Shown here: positions 50,932 through 64,000 of the stretch, piece after piece | Layout of the letters: every line of letters begins with the position of its first letter | How positions within the stretch are numbered: position 1 is the stretch's first letter | From: Octopus sinensis | Lineage: Eukaryota | Length of the DNA stretch: 64,000 bases | Assembly (NCBI RefSeq): GCF_006345805.1 | Contig: NC_043000.1 | Coordinates: forward strand, 90,086,001-90,150,000 | Direction: 5' to 3' | The notes under the pieces: model-generated | The model's input: the letters and a program-made list of their open reading frames with translations, nothing else | What the model was told of the DNA's origin: nothing | The model's database searches: none | Program-made: the position numbers and the translations under genes

Positions 50932-53900
50932 TACCATGTTGGGGAAAAAAAAAAACTTTGGGCTTAACCTACATTCATCAAAATATTTTTGCTCAAAGCT
51001 TTATCATCCTCTTGACATGGAAAAATTTCAGTTACCACTAATTACAGAATCTTCACCGATGTCAGAAATGCTATCTGTAGGCAGTCCCACAAAGCCCACT
51101 TGAATTTTGCATATGCAGTTGCGCAACTTCATGGGTTTCAACATCAACTCTTGGTTTCACATTCCACTCTATGAAGTCCCAGCTCTGAAATCTGTTGTAT
51201 TTAACCCTTTAGCATTCAAACCAACCATATCAAGCCCAAATATTGTTTTATATTCAAAACTGGCTAGATCATGCCTCTCACAACTACCCTGCAATGTCAT
51301 TCTAAAAGTGAACAAATACATCAACATCTACAAGATACTATATGATTAATTCAAAACAATCTGAATGCTGAATTCATCTTCAAGCTCTGAGTTACTCAAA
51401 ACATTATTATCTTATATTTGATTTAACTTGTCTGAATTGTAGGAGTTTTGCTTCTTTCAAGCAGGCTGTTCCCACAAGGCAGTGGACAATGCCATTTTGA
51501 AAAATGATAAATAAATTAAAAAATACATTTGAATCCAAATATAAACGCAAGCTAAAATTGTTATTGCAACTTGGTCTAAGCTGATAAAAATTGCTATTGT
51601 AATGTTTATGACAGTAGCCATCTCCAATAGATATAAAAAAAAAGTAAACAAAGTCTTAACCCAGATAGAAAAACAGCATATGTGTCGCCATGGCAGTTAT
51701 TCAATAAATGACATATGTTGTTGAAGCAATTATTCAGTAGATAGTATGTAATGTCTGCCACAGCAGCTAAAGTGTTAATATAATATGCAGGTATCAAGAC
51801 TGAGAAACCCAAATTTTAATAAATTCACCTAGGGATTTGTCCCACTAACATAACTGCAGAAAAATTTAATTTAGACACACACACACACACTCATATACAG
51901 AATTGTTTTAGTTCCTATGAACATTTTTGTGATAGTGTTGATTCTCATACAGACTCATTACACTTGCTACATAAACTACTTAAAGTGCAGATTTCTATTT
52001 AAAGATTTTATAAACACGATTCATTACTGCTGTAACTATACTTACGAGTTTTTTTCAATGGCAGAAAATGTATAATTACATTCAAAACTAAAATCAATGT
52101 GAACAGCATATGTACATAAGGTAACAACTTTATACATTATTAAGCACAGTTTCTGACCAGTTGGCTGATCACACGTAACATTTCTAGATCTGAAACTTTC
52201 AGTGTAAACTGAAAGTGTAGGTAGGATTCAGTGTCACTGCAGTGAATTAGAATCAGCTAACAAGGAGTAGGTGTGACCGTGTGGTTAAGCTTGCTTCTCA
52301 ACCACATGGTATCGGGTTTAGTCCCATCATGTGGCACCTTGAGTGTCTTCTATGGAGTGTTTGTGTATTTGCCTCCTTGTCTTGATATTGTATGATTGTT
52401 GTAAATTAATAGTTCTCAACTGCGGGCCCATGTAACCGGGGTGGGGGGACGTAAGAAAAACAGTAAATTGAGGACCCACAGTAGTATATTAAGGGTCTAT
52501 GAAAAAATTTTGATTTAGACATCTTGCAAGATTTACATGGTTCGACCTACAAAAGTGAATGTGTGTGTGACAAAATAAGAATTTTGAAATAAATATTTGT
52601 AAAACGATAGTGCATCAGCATGGCTGCAGCTCTGAGCTGAAACTACAGATAAAAAAAAAATTGTTTTTAAACACTGGATGGCTATGCAAATCCACCAGAG
52701 TAAAATAGTAATCAAAGGAGTCCACAAGTAAAAAAAAATAGTTGAGTTCATTTCCAATATTTTGCAGAAACATACCAGGGCATGGGAAAATACTAGCTTG
52801 CTTGGAAACAGGTGGGGGCTGGCAAAAGGAAGGGCATCCAGCTACAGAAAATCTGCCTCGATAAACTCCACCCAACCAATGTAAACAGTGGACATTGACA
52901 ACACAAATACCCACATCCCCAACTACAATCTCTTACATTACTCCAGATGATGAAGAGTCATGTGGGTAGGTTAATATTCTAGTACACCTTTCTCAAAGGA
53001 AAGAAAAAAACTGACAAAGTTATTCAAGAGATTAAACTGATCTGTGAGCTGCTTCACAAGGGGACTATTTTCTAACCCAAAAACATTCACACATAAATGA
53101 GGCTATTCCTAAAATTATGTTAGCCATCATGGGTCAATACCAGAAAACATGGCATAGATACCATAATTATAGTTTAACATTTATCAAATGAACACTAATT
53201 ATAAAGAAAAATATTACTTTAAAATATAACAATATTAAAAAAGAAAAAATGCAAAAATTACTGTTGGCTTTATATGAAAATTAGGCACACATACTTCCTG
53301 ATATAGATATATAGATTTATATACATAGATAACTCTACACACACACACACTCCGATTCTTCCTGTTTCACTTTGTGTGTATGTGAATAGTAATCATTTAC
53401 TCAATACCAGCAACTAAGCACTCATCCTACACCTCTTCCCTGAAAAGCATGACTGAAGAAATCCACCTATCAGTTATCAATTCAAAACAGATAGCATACA
53501 ATCAGGTAAATGTAAACTAAATTTTTATTTAACAATCCAGAGACTTCTTTGTGAAACCTCTAGTACTAGGACAGTGCTAGAATCAGAGTATATTTCACAA
53601 GTTTGCAAAGTAAATGTGCAGAAATGTTAACTTGTATGTGAGAAAGTCCTTAATGAGGGTTCAAAGAGTTTACATAAACTTGTGACTATAGTCGGGGAAA
53701 GGTACAGCTTGTACAAACTTCTCAATAAAGACTTGAAACTATTAACACTGCTGAAATTACCAAAGAATTAACACTTTAGCACTTGAACTGGCCATATCCA
53801 GCTCAAATATTCTACTTGTTTTATATTCAAACCAGTCAGATGTAGCCTCTCACACCAGCCCTATAATGTCATTCTAACAAAAAAAATCACCTCGTCTGAA

Positions 53901-56900
53901 ATTTTTAAAGCTATGAGAATGAATGATGAATTCAAAATTATGTGACTAAATAAGCACTACATATGACAGAGTAATCTGAAGTGAAAGGGTTAATAAGTGG
54001 GAGACTTAATCCCACTGCTTGATTTAACACCTATTTAGCCCTGGGTGCATGCAATGAAGGTAGAATTCCAGTCAAAGTACAACTTCCACCTATTCTGCTA
54101 ACCAGTCACAGATAGCAAATGCTGCTCCTCCACTAATTAAAAATGGGAAAAAAAAATCCCCACATATTCATTCCACTTTAGCACACTTTAACATGACTCC
54201 AATTTTTACATTGGAAAAATAAATATCATGCCAATTATATTAAATGCAGATCTCTCATGTACTGCAATGTCTGTTGTGCAATTCTCTGATGATTGGAAAA
54301 GAAGGCACACTAACAAAATGATAAACAATGGATTAGTTCTACTACACCTTCAAGGGAAGTAGCTCCTTGTAGCATAAGAGGGATTTTCTTTCGTGCTTGG
54401 TAAGATAAAGTGTTTAAAAAAAATAAAGGAAGTTAGTGGAGTAGCTGAAACAGCAGACTGTTAACCCAAATGGATCTTGGCATTAAGCTATATGTCACTC
54501 ATTTTAAGTCCTCTGCTGCTGACGTCTCACCCTGGGTAATGCTGTCTTTTATTCCCTTAGTAGGTTGATAAAATAGCACCAGTAATATATTTGGGAGTGA
54601 TTAAATATGTCATAATACCTATCCACTAATTTGTGGCCTTGACTTCATAATGAAATTACTATTTAACCTCAATTTTAATCATGCTAGTAAGAAGAGGATG
54701 CTTTTTCCAAAGCTGCACATTAATATACTGTTACAACAATCGCTTTCTTTACTGCCAACTATACTTCTTCAACTACTTCACTCGGTGAAGCAGTAATGGA
54801 ACCTATTATTCAATCAAGTAGATTAAAACATGCAACTTAACCACCCACTATAGCCATTATGTGAACAAACAGGTTCACATAATGGATAACATAAACCTAA
54901 CACCATGACCTGGTTATTGGGTGCACCGTGCAGAATTCATTCTGTTCCAGGCATACCCTCAGTTATTTTTCTTCTCACAGTCCCCATATAGTTAACTGCA
55001 CCCATCCTATCAGTTTAAGGCCTGGTTCATTGTTCTCTCCTTAATGACTAACAGTCTTACTTTAATTTCACTATTAAAACACTGAAATGAGATACAAGGA
55101 ATGTGAACAAAGTCTCTTCTGCTTTGATAAATGGGACAAAAGCATAGTTTATGCCATTAATATAACTCATAGCATCTCTCAAAATTTCAGAAACTAGCCT
55201 CACACCCCAACTTTTTTTCCTGTTTTCCTGCTCTGTTTGATTCGAATGCCTGCATTAGGATTCTTAAAATCCTGAAATCTTGAAAGACCATATTGAAAAT
55301 GTAGTATTTGTTATTAAAATTATACCAGTTGCTTAGAAAAACAAAAACAAAATTAAAGGATGGAGAAACAATTACACAGCATGAGAATAACTAATCAAAT
55401 TAAAGCCAACAAAGGATAAACACTACCAGTTTTCAAATTATATAAACAAAAACACACACTTTTTCTATTTTTAAGACACAAGGAAGGAACTCAGTAGTAA
55501 AAATAACAATATGACATGTAAAATACTTCTTGTGCATTAAAAACCACACCATCCTCACCATCATTTAACAATCATTTTCTGTACTGGCATGTGCTGGATA
55601 ATTTGACAGGATCCAACCAACTGGAGGACTGTGGTGAGCTCCAATGTTGGCTTTGGCATGGTTTCTATGGCTGGATGTCCAATCACTTTACAGAGTGTGT
55701 TAAATGCGTTTTTTCTGTGACACCAGCATAAGTGAGGTCACCAAGTAACTTGCAAGACAAAGGAAAAAAGAAGACCCCTTGACTGAGTGGGGTTGTAAAA
55801 GGGGAAGTGGTTTTATGGCATGTATTGAGAGGCTAAAATATAATAGGACAAAAACAGGTGCCTTGTTATACAAGAGATACATAACTACTTTGAATTATAT
55901 AGGAGCATGTGGATAGAGATGTTGTTACAACATACAAGAAGGTGAGTATAATAAAGAATATGGTCTGCAGACCAGAAGGGGAGGGTATGAGAAGGAGAGT
56001 GACATGATTAGCATTGAAAATTTTGCAGTACCATCCTGATGTAGAGAGATCTAATGAACCCACATCACATTAGCTTTTTGAGTTCAATGAACTCACTACT
56101 AGTACTTCACTATAATCTTATTATAGATGGGATTTAAGCAAAGTGAAGAATTTGAACCCAGAATATAAAGAGCTGGAACAGATACATGTCATCTCATTCG
56201 AAGTTCTAACAATTTTGTTAATTCATTGGCCTTCTATCAACCCATGAAAGAACTAGGGGCAAAGTTGACTACAGAGTAACCTGAACTCCATACAGAGAAC
56301 TGGAAAAAATATTTCAAGGTATTTTATGTGACACACTAAACAACGCTATCAAGAGTTTTTCAATGCAACTTCAGCCTATTTTCTCAGAAAAATTTACATA
56401 CTTCCTCTTAGTGATAACAGCTACTTCTGTATAAAAACAGTTTTGCACATTGACAGAGAGAGGGAGAGAGAGAGAGTACAAGTAAACCCAATTGGACAAC
56501 TATTTATCTAGCCACTTTCACAAAACTTTGGTTCCTTTTGAAAATACTGATAAATAAGCATTACATTTAACAGAATAATCTGAAAGCTAAAGGGTTAACA
56601 TAACCAATAGATTTAAAAACCAAAATTATGAAGGAGAGAGAGCACAACCTTTCTGTACCACACACATAACAATAATAGTTTGTTTGCAATATTTTGCATC
56701 AACTTTCGAATTGGTCGGCTTTGCTAGTTTGTGATTGTGTTAACCTCAGAGCTGCATGGTTTTGGGTTCAGTCCCACTATGTGGAACCTTGAGTAAATAT
56801 CCTCTATTATCACTCTAGGACAATCAATGGTTTGAGAGTAGATTTGGTAGAACTGTATAAAGCACATCATAAATTAGGGAATATGTAGCTGAATGATTAG

Positions 56901-59816
56901 GAAGCTAACTTTCCAACCATGTGGTTTTTGGGTTCAATTTCACAGCACAGCACCTTGGACGAGTGGTCCATCTTGATAAACTAACATTTGGGGAACTAAA
57001 AACAGTAAAAAACAACTTGATTTATCTAAGTAACCAAAAAATATGGGAATGATATCAAATTGAACCAACAGAGAAGCTATTCCATAAAAATCATGAACCA
57101 CTTGGCAAAACACACACACACTGAAGAAGCTGATTTTTCAAACTAAGCCTAAAAGCGTTTTTATTTGACTTTTGATACTAATCTAACTGACACTGGTCCT
57201 AGTTAAGTAATAAGATGAACATAGTAGTCTTTGATGAAGGACCCTGAAAAGAAAGATATGCAGAAAGACCCAGGTTATAAAATCTGATCTACTAAAACAA
57301 GTGCTCGAAGGAAAAGAAACATTAACAATACTTTCACTTTTGAAAAGATTTTCATGTTAAGCACAAAACCTGATTTAAGTTAATCATGGTGGAAGAGTAG
57401 GGGTTAGTAGTAACTGTAAACTTTTATGAGTGTATTTAACTCTTTAGAATTTAAACTAACCTTATCCAGCCCAAATATTTTATCTGTCTTATGTTTGAAC
57501 CAGCTATAATTGAGCCTCTCACACTTTACCCCACAATATCATTCTAAAAATAAAATATCCTATCAAAATCTCTAAGGTATGAGAAAATGCATGATTAATT
57601 CAAAACAATGGGTACAAATAAACATTACACTTGATAGAATAATGCAAATGTTAAAGAATTAACTGAGAAATTGGTATAATCTATTGACTGCAGTTTGGGA
57701 GATGGAGAGAATTTTTTATTTCTTTTTTTATTAAATGGCTTAACTCAAGAAGGGTACTGATCGTGACTCTTCCCAGGGTCTGTGTCAATGATGAGTGATT
57801 TATCCTCTCAGACTGGAAACTGGCTCAAATATTCTCAGTAAAGTGGAATTCCCTATAAGATACCAGAGGGCAAATTGTCTTATTGAAGTTTAAAACTTTC
57901 ATTCAAGAATTCTAAAATAAAAAAGAAACAGCAATGTTGGAGAAGTACCGATGAACCATATCTACCAAGATGTTTGAGATAGGAGACAAACTTTAAGGGT
58001 TCAACAGAGACAAAATAAATGTCATTTTCACAAGAGATTATGTCTCATCATTAATGTCCACTTTTCTGTGCTGGTGCCACATAAAAAACACCCGGTACAC
58101 TCTGTGGAGTGGTTGGCATTTGAAAGGGCATCCAGCCATAGAAACCATACCAGAACAGACAATGGAACCTGGTGCAACTCCCAGCCTTACCAGCACTGGT
58201 CAAACTGTCCAATCCATGCCAGCATGGAAAACAGACATTAAATGGTGATGATAATTTTCCACACCAGATGGCCTTCCTGTCACTAACCCTAATTTGTTAC
58301 CAAGTAATATTACCCCTATGGCCAGGCCAGATATATTTTTGACAGAGGATTGGAAATGAATACCAGCTTGTATGATGGTGATAGTTGCTTGCAACCATCA
58401 TGTGATGTCATGACAAAGAAACACAGAGTAAGCTTCTATTAACTTCCATCTACCAAACCCATTTACAAGGCTTTGGTCAGCTCAGAGGTATAACAGAAAA
58501 TATTTTCCCTAAGTGCTATGCAGTGAGACTGAACCACTCAACCACATACACCCACACCTGTGCATACAGTTTTCAAAGTTAAAGAGACGTGATGAAGTGT
58601 CTAACTATATGCTGTTTAGGGTAGTTGTCATTTACAGTGAACACATGGGTCTTGCAAGTAATGAATGTGCATGGACAATAAGCATCAAAAAGATAACAGA
58701 AATACATACAGTATACGAAGGGTAAGGAGACGGTTGCTGAAGTAGAGATGAAAGTTTGACAGGTGTTCTTCAAAACATAAAAATGTGTGATCATCAGCAT
58801 CACATTTTCCATGCTGCATGGATGGATTAATCAAAAAGTTACCAATACATCTTCAGTCAGATGCTTTTTCTCTTACCAGCCGGCACTTATTTTACAAGTA
58901 ATCTATTTTCCATTCCACAGATACTCACATATCTGCTAATCTATAGGGCATTTGTTTACTGGAGAATATAAATAATGCCATTGTTTTTTGTTTAGATGGT
59001 ATGAAGACTCACAAAATTGACATTTACATGCGTGTTTTGTGCGTGCATGCACATATATGTGTCTAAGTGTATATATCTTTTATCTGTTACTTGTTTCAGT
59101 TGTTAGACTGCGGTCATGCTGGAGCACCACCTTGAAGCTATTTAGTCAAATGAATCAACATAAACCAACACTGGTTGTCAAGCAATGGTGGGGGACAAAC
59201 AGATATACACATGCCCACAGATGTGTATGTCTGTGTGTATAATGGGGTTCTTTCAGTTTCTGTCTACAAAATTCACTCACAAGGATTTGTTGGCTTGAGG
59301 CTATTATAGAAGACACTTGCCCAAGGTAAACATGTATATATGCATATACATATATAACATCAGTACAGTTTCTGCTAATCAATTTAACTCATAAAGCATT
59401 GGTTGACTTGAGGCTATAGCAGAAAACATTTGCCTAAGACATCACACACAGGAATTGAGCTCAGAAGCACATGTCTGTGAAATGAACTTAGTAACCATAG
59501 AGACATACCTACACCTATTATGTTGGTATATACACTCATATGTTGCATACAGATAAGATGTTTCTGTAATTATCTGACTTCAACTTTAATTCAGTTTAGT
59601 TTCAATTATGGAGCAAGATGGTACCTCAAGATTATTCTCAGAGAACTTTCAACTTCAATTTTAAGTTAAGCAATTTTGCCGTAAGAGAGGATACAAGGGC
59701 ATCACAGTATATAAATTAGAAAATTTGATGTGCAAAACATTTAGTCTTCTTACTGCTAAAACACCATAATTGCAATTACTAATCTAGCAAACTCTTAATA
59801 TTAGTAAATTAAAATA

Positions 59817-60025
59817 AGGCAGTGAGCTGGCAGAATCGTTAGCACACCAGTCAAATTGCTTAGCAGCAGTTTGTCTGTTGCTACATTCAAATTCCGCAGA
59901 GGTCAACTTTGCCTTTCATCCTTTCAGGGTTGATGAAATAAGTATCAGTTGATACTCAGGTTGATCTAATCAACCTATCTCTCCTCCAAAATTGCTGACC
60001 TTGTGCCAAAGCTTGAAAGCAGCAT
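59817..60025 (+). mobile_element. Second SINE family (copies near 3580-3710, 19030-19230, 19700-19890, 60270-60440)
   Basis: gagctggcagaatcgttagc head, ttcaaattcc B-box-like, ctttgcctttcatcctttc core. Confidence 0.7.
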
Positions 60026-60664
60026 TAGTAAATTAAATAATGAAGCTGGCATGGCTGTGTGGTTGAGAAGTTTTCTTCCCAATCAAATAGTTTCAAGTTA
60101 AGTATCTCTGTGTGACACCTGGAGCAAGTGTTCTCAATGACAGTGTTTGGACAATCAAAGCCTTGTGAGTGGACTTGGTATACAGAAACTGAAAGAAGCC
60201 CATTGTATGCAAGTGTGAGTGTATATATATTTGTCTTAATATCTGTGATGGTTGTAAACAAGCATCATCATAACCTTTTCTACTATAGACACAAGACCTG
60301 AAATTTGGGGGGTGGGCAGTTGATTAGATTAACTCCAGTATGCAAGGATGAAAGGTAAAGTCAACCTCGGCGGAATTTAAAAAGACAGATGAAATACCGC
60401 TAAGCATTTTACCCAGCATGCTCACGATTCTGCCAGCTAAGCAATGCTCGTTTCCAGTTTTTCATGAAAAACATCTGGCCATGGGGAAATATTACCTTGC
60501 TTGGAAACAGGTAAAGGTCAGTTAGAGGAAGGGTATCTGGCTTTGATACAAACAAGGATAAAAAAGTGGACATTAAATGACAATAGTTGCATTTTGCTTT
60601 TGAAACTGAAACATGAAAACAACTTTGAGTCACAGATCTTCAAATCAACAATATACATTATCAA

Positions 60665-60923
60665 AATATTTATTCCCACTTAAACATGGATGTTCTTTTA
60701 GAACAAACAATATTGCGGTATATATCACGAGAAAAACTCTCATATTGGCTTTTGGAAATATAGCGTCTTGGTCTTGGAGATGGTGGGGATTTATCTCCAC
60801 ACAAGCGATATAAACAAGCATACATTTTGCACCAAAAGCCAATATGAGAGTCTCTCTCATGGTATCTACTGCTGTATAGTTTGTTCTGACAGAACATCCA
60901 TGTTTTAAGTGGGGATAAATATT
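60665..60923. repeat. ~260-bp foldback with ~90-bp inverted arms
   Basis: 60665-60755 is the reverse complement of 60832-60923; both strands translate to similar peptides in the ORF track (LKHGCSxRTN). Confidence 0.9.
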
Positions 60924-61087
60924 ACCACTTGGTATCAATACTGCCTTTGTCACTAATATATACAGTAATATCCAAGTTAATTTGTTTCCAGAGACCACTC
61001 ATAAGGCAGAGCAATAATTTCCCATAGCAGCAATATTATAAATCATAATTCATTCCCAGAAAGGAATTTTACCTTTAAAATTTATAA

Positions 61088-61424
61088 GGAGACCCCCTTT
61101 CGGTCATGAATGACCATGGGATTGCACCTAGAAAGTTACCCTCCGAGGCACAGGTCTGGGCAAGGTGGTTTATGGAAGGCCAGCAGTCACCCATGCATAC
61201 CAGCCTCCCCTCTCCACGCCACCGATGTTATGTAAGGGAAAGGCAAAGGCCGATACAGCTTGGCACCAGTGATATTGCAATTCATTTCTACAGCTGAGTT
61301 AACTGGAGCAACGTGGAATAGTGTCTTACTCAAGAACACAATACGCAGCCCAGTCTGGGAATTGAACTCACACCCTCACGATCGTAAGCTCGGCGCTCTA
61401 ACCACTGAGCCATGTACCTTCACT
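61088..61424 (-). mobile_element. Full-length tRNA-derived SINE with a 10-bp TSD
   Basis: A box TGGCTCAGTGG, B box GAGTTCAATTCC; AAATTTATAA at 61078-61087 and 61425-61434. Confidence 0.8.
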
Positions 61425-61504
61425 AAATTTATAATATCCATAAATAAATGGCAATAAAACAACAGTAGAATGTAAAGAATATTTTATATAAAGTAAAGAG
61501 AATG

Positions 61505-61797
61505 TCAAGATCAGTTATAATAAAAAATATTATTATAATCATTTTCTGAATCACTTTCACTCACACTAGACTCACATACACCATCACTTGTAGACTTCTT
61601 TTTAAAAAACAAGTCTAGAGTTGCTTGCTTAGAAGCTTTTTTCGCTCTCCATAAATTTCTCGGTAACATGCAAAAGCATTTGTTATAGTAGTAGCAACTT
61701 TTGCACTTCATTCAATATTTGGATCTTGTACTTGAAAAGTAAAACTCAAACTTGGAGTCTCATAAAGCAAGTCCTCATAAAGTGAGATATTACTGTA
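61505..61797 (-). mobile_element. Possible pogo/Tigger-like internal-deletion remnant
   Basis: KQATLDLFFKK resembles pogo-family C-terminal tails; one end reads ...tattACTG-TA with repeated ctcataaag units. Confidence 0.4.
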
Positions 61798-64000
61798 GAT
61801 ATCATTAGAATACCATCTGGTAGGAAGACAGACAAAATTTCTCCCAAGAAAACTTTAGATATGTTGGGACAGCTATGAAATTAATGTCTGGATTTGGGTC
61901 ACCTTGTTTAAAGATGACAACCTACAAATTACTAGGTAATCATTCATAACCTTTTGATATTCAATCTCTGAGACTATCATGCCATCACTAGTTCTTCCAT
62001 GCAAAAACCACAAGTGATCATATTTAAATTAAAACTTTCCATCATACATTGTATCTAAGGACCTTTTAAGTCATGTTCTAAACACCAGCTCAATATACCA
62101 ATAAATGAACAAGTCAAGAAGGCTGCTTGTGTAGCTACAAGTTCACTTCACTAGCTAGAAACAGCAACCAAATCTCCCACTTAAACTATTGTCTTGAAAA
62201 AAGAAAAGGGTACACTAGGTCATGTAGTCCTCAGATAACCCTAAAAAAGGAATGGTAATGACTGAAATGCTTTTGATTGAATGCCTACTCAATCCAGCTG
62301 ACCTGGGGTTAAAGGACAACAATAACCAGTGAATGGAAAAGTTGTCTGGCTAAATCTCACATTTCCATTATTTTCAAAAACTTGTTAGAAATATCGATCA
62401 CAAGAGTTAAACTATCAAATATTTTTAATTTTAACAGAGTTGAGATGAACTTTTTGGTGCCAGTGAACGAAAAGAAGCAACAAAGAGTAAAGAGGACCTG
62501 TCAGTCTTGTTGGAGAGGGAAAACAATCCTACCAAGTCAGTGCCATAGTTTCAGATTGTGATGACTTGTCCAACCCATGTCAGTATGGAAATCATTATTG
62601 GTTTAACCCTTTAGCAGTCAGATTAATCTTGTAGCTTTGAGATTTTGATGTTGTGACTTTACTTTCAGAAATTTGAAATGATGGATCTGGCCAGTTTGAA
62701 TATAAAACAGGAAGAATATCTGGGCTGGATTTGGCCAGTTAAATGTTAAAGGATTAATGACCACTTTTCCATATTCACATGGATCAGACAATTTTTTTGA
62801 AATGGATTTTCTACAGCCAAGTGCCCTTCTTGTCATGGACCCTCACCTGTTTCCTGGCATGGTAATATTCCCCATGACAAGACAGCAGGTAATGTCAAGG
62901 CAAGGAGACAATGTCACACACTTTCATCTCGCAAACCCTCAAGGTATTCATTGACCCAAGACTATAGGAGACATTCGCCCAATGTGCCATACAGTAAGAC
63001 TGAATCCCAAACCACGTGGTTGGGAAGCAAGGTTCTTACCACACAGCCATGCTTGTGGATGTAAAATGAAGAGGATATTCTTTTCTTCTTTCATGTTACA
63101 TGTAATTAATATTTCTCACATAACTACAAGCCAAAAACTAAGTATTATTCTATTCTCCACACTAACATCAGAAATGAATAAAACTGCATTCAAATCAAAG
63201 TAACAAGATAGTTCTTTCTTGTTGAATTTTATTCTCCAACTTACGTAGAGTATCTACCTACCCTATTGTAAACAAACCTGACTTTTGAATCAACAGGCAT
63301 AATAGTTCAATTAAGGTATGCGAAGAGTACCCATTAAATCACTCCTCTTGAAATAAATGTACAACTGCTAATTGTAGCCATATAGTCCACTTACTCCTTA
63401 TCTTCTTTCCCTGTACAGAGCAACAAATGGCCTCTGATATATCAACCTATCCTCACTCTACCATCACCAATGTTTAACTCTCTTTAAAGAACTTTGGCAA
63501 TGGAAACTAAACATTTCTACAAGGTCCAAGTTTGGTTTTACAATTTAAAGGGAAAAAAAAAATAATGAACCTCAATTCCTTAAGAAACCTTTTAATTGTG
63601 CCAGAAATAGCATTATTTTAACATTCACATTCCATGCTTTGATGGGTAAGATGGAGTTTTTTAAAGTAGATTTTCTATAAATGGATACTCTTGTTGTCAA
63701 CCCTTATCTTTTCCCAAATAAGGTAATATTTCCCCCATGGTCACAGAATCTTGAAAAAGAATGACAATGTTTGTATGACAGTGACATTTATTTACAACTA
63801 TCAACACCATGTCAAGACAAAGAGAGAGAAACAAACACATTTGCCAAAGTGCCATGCAATGTGATTGAATGCAAAACCTATGTGGTTGGGCAGTCATCTT
63901 AACTCTACAGCCAAACCTATGTCCATAATTAATAATGAAAATTGACTTATAAATCCTAAAGATTCATTGCTTTGTTAATTATGCACTGTGAAATAAATGA

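Noticed and set aside
61350-61421. tRNA-like sequence with A and B boxes
   Set aside because: It continues into a SINE body with a TSD, so it is a SINE head rather than a tRNA gene.

Overview
This is AT-rich, repeat-dense animal genomic DNA. The SINE and MITE families look like those of Octopus; that assignment comes from recognising the repeats, not from a search. The window holds one protein-coding gene, UPF1 (RENT1/SMG-2, the core NMD helicase), on the minus strand. I reconstructed 22 coding exons by hand from 44791 down to the TAG at 6941-6943. They total 3177 nt (1058 aa plus stop), all introns are GT-AG, and all phases are compatible. I found no first coding exon in 44792-64000, so it probably lies beyond the window. 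Introns and flanks contain SINEs, TTAA-type MITEs, a 1.45-kb piggyBac-like element, two mariner relics, a Tc1 relic, a Gypsy fragment with its 3' LTR, a 5S rRNA pseudogene and microsatellites. Main observations: (1) a strong candidate intron in the 3' UTR, 470 nt past the stop, which would make UPF1 mRNA an EJC-type target of its own pathway; (2) a ~1.2-kb intronic palindrome with a readable multi-step template-switch history, next to a coding exon; (3) a UAG stop that can base-pair and might be recoded by ADAR; (4) substitutions at a CH-domain zinc ligand and at a conserved Ser; (5) three weak AAG acceptors, one on the Walker A exon.
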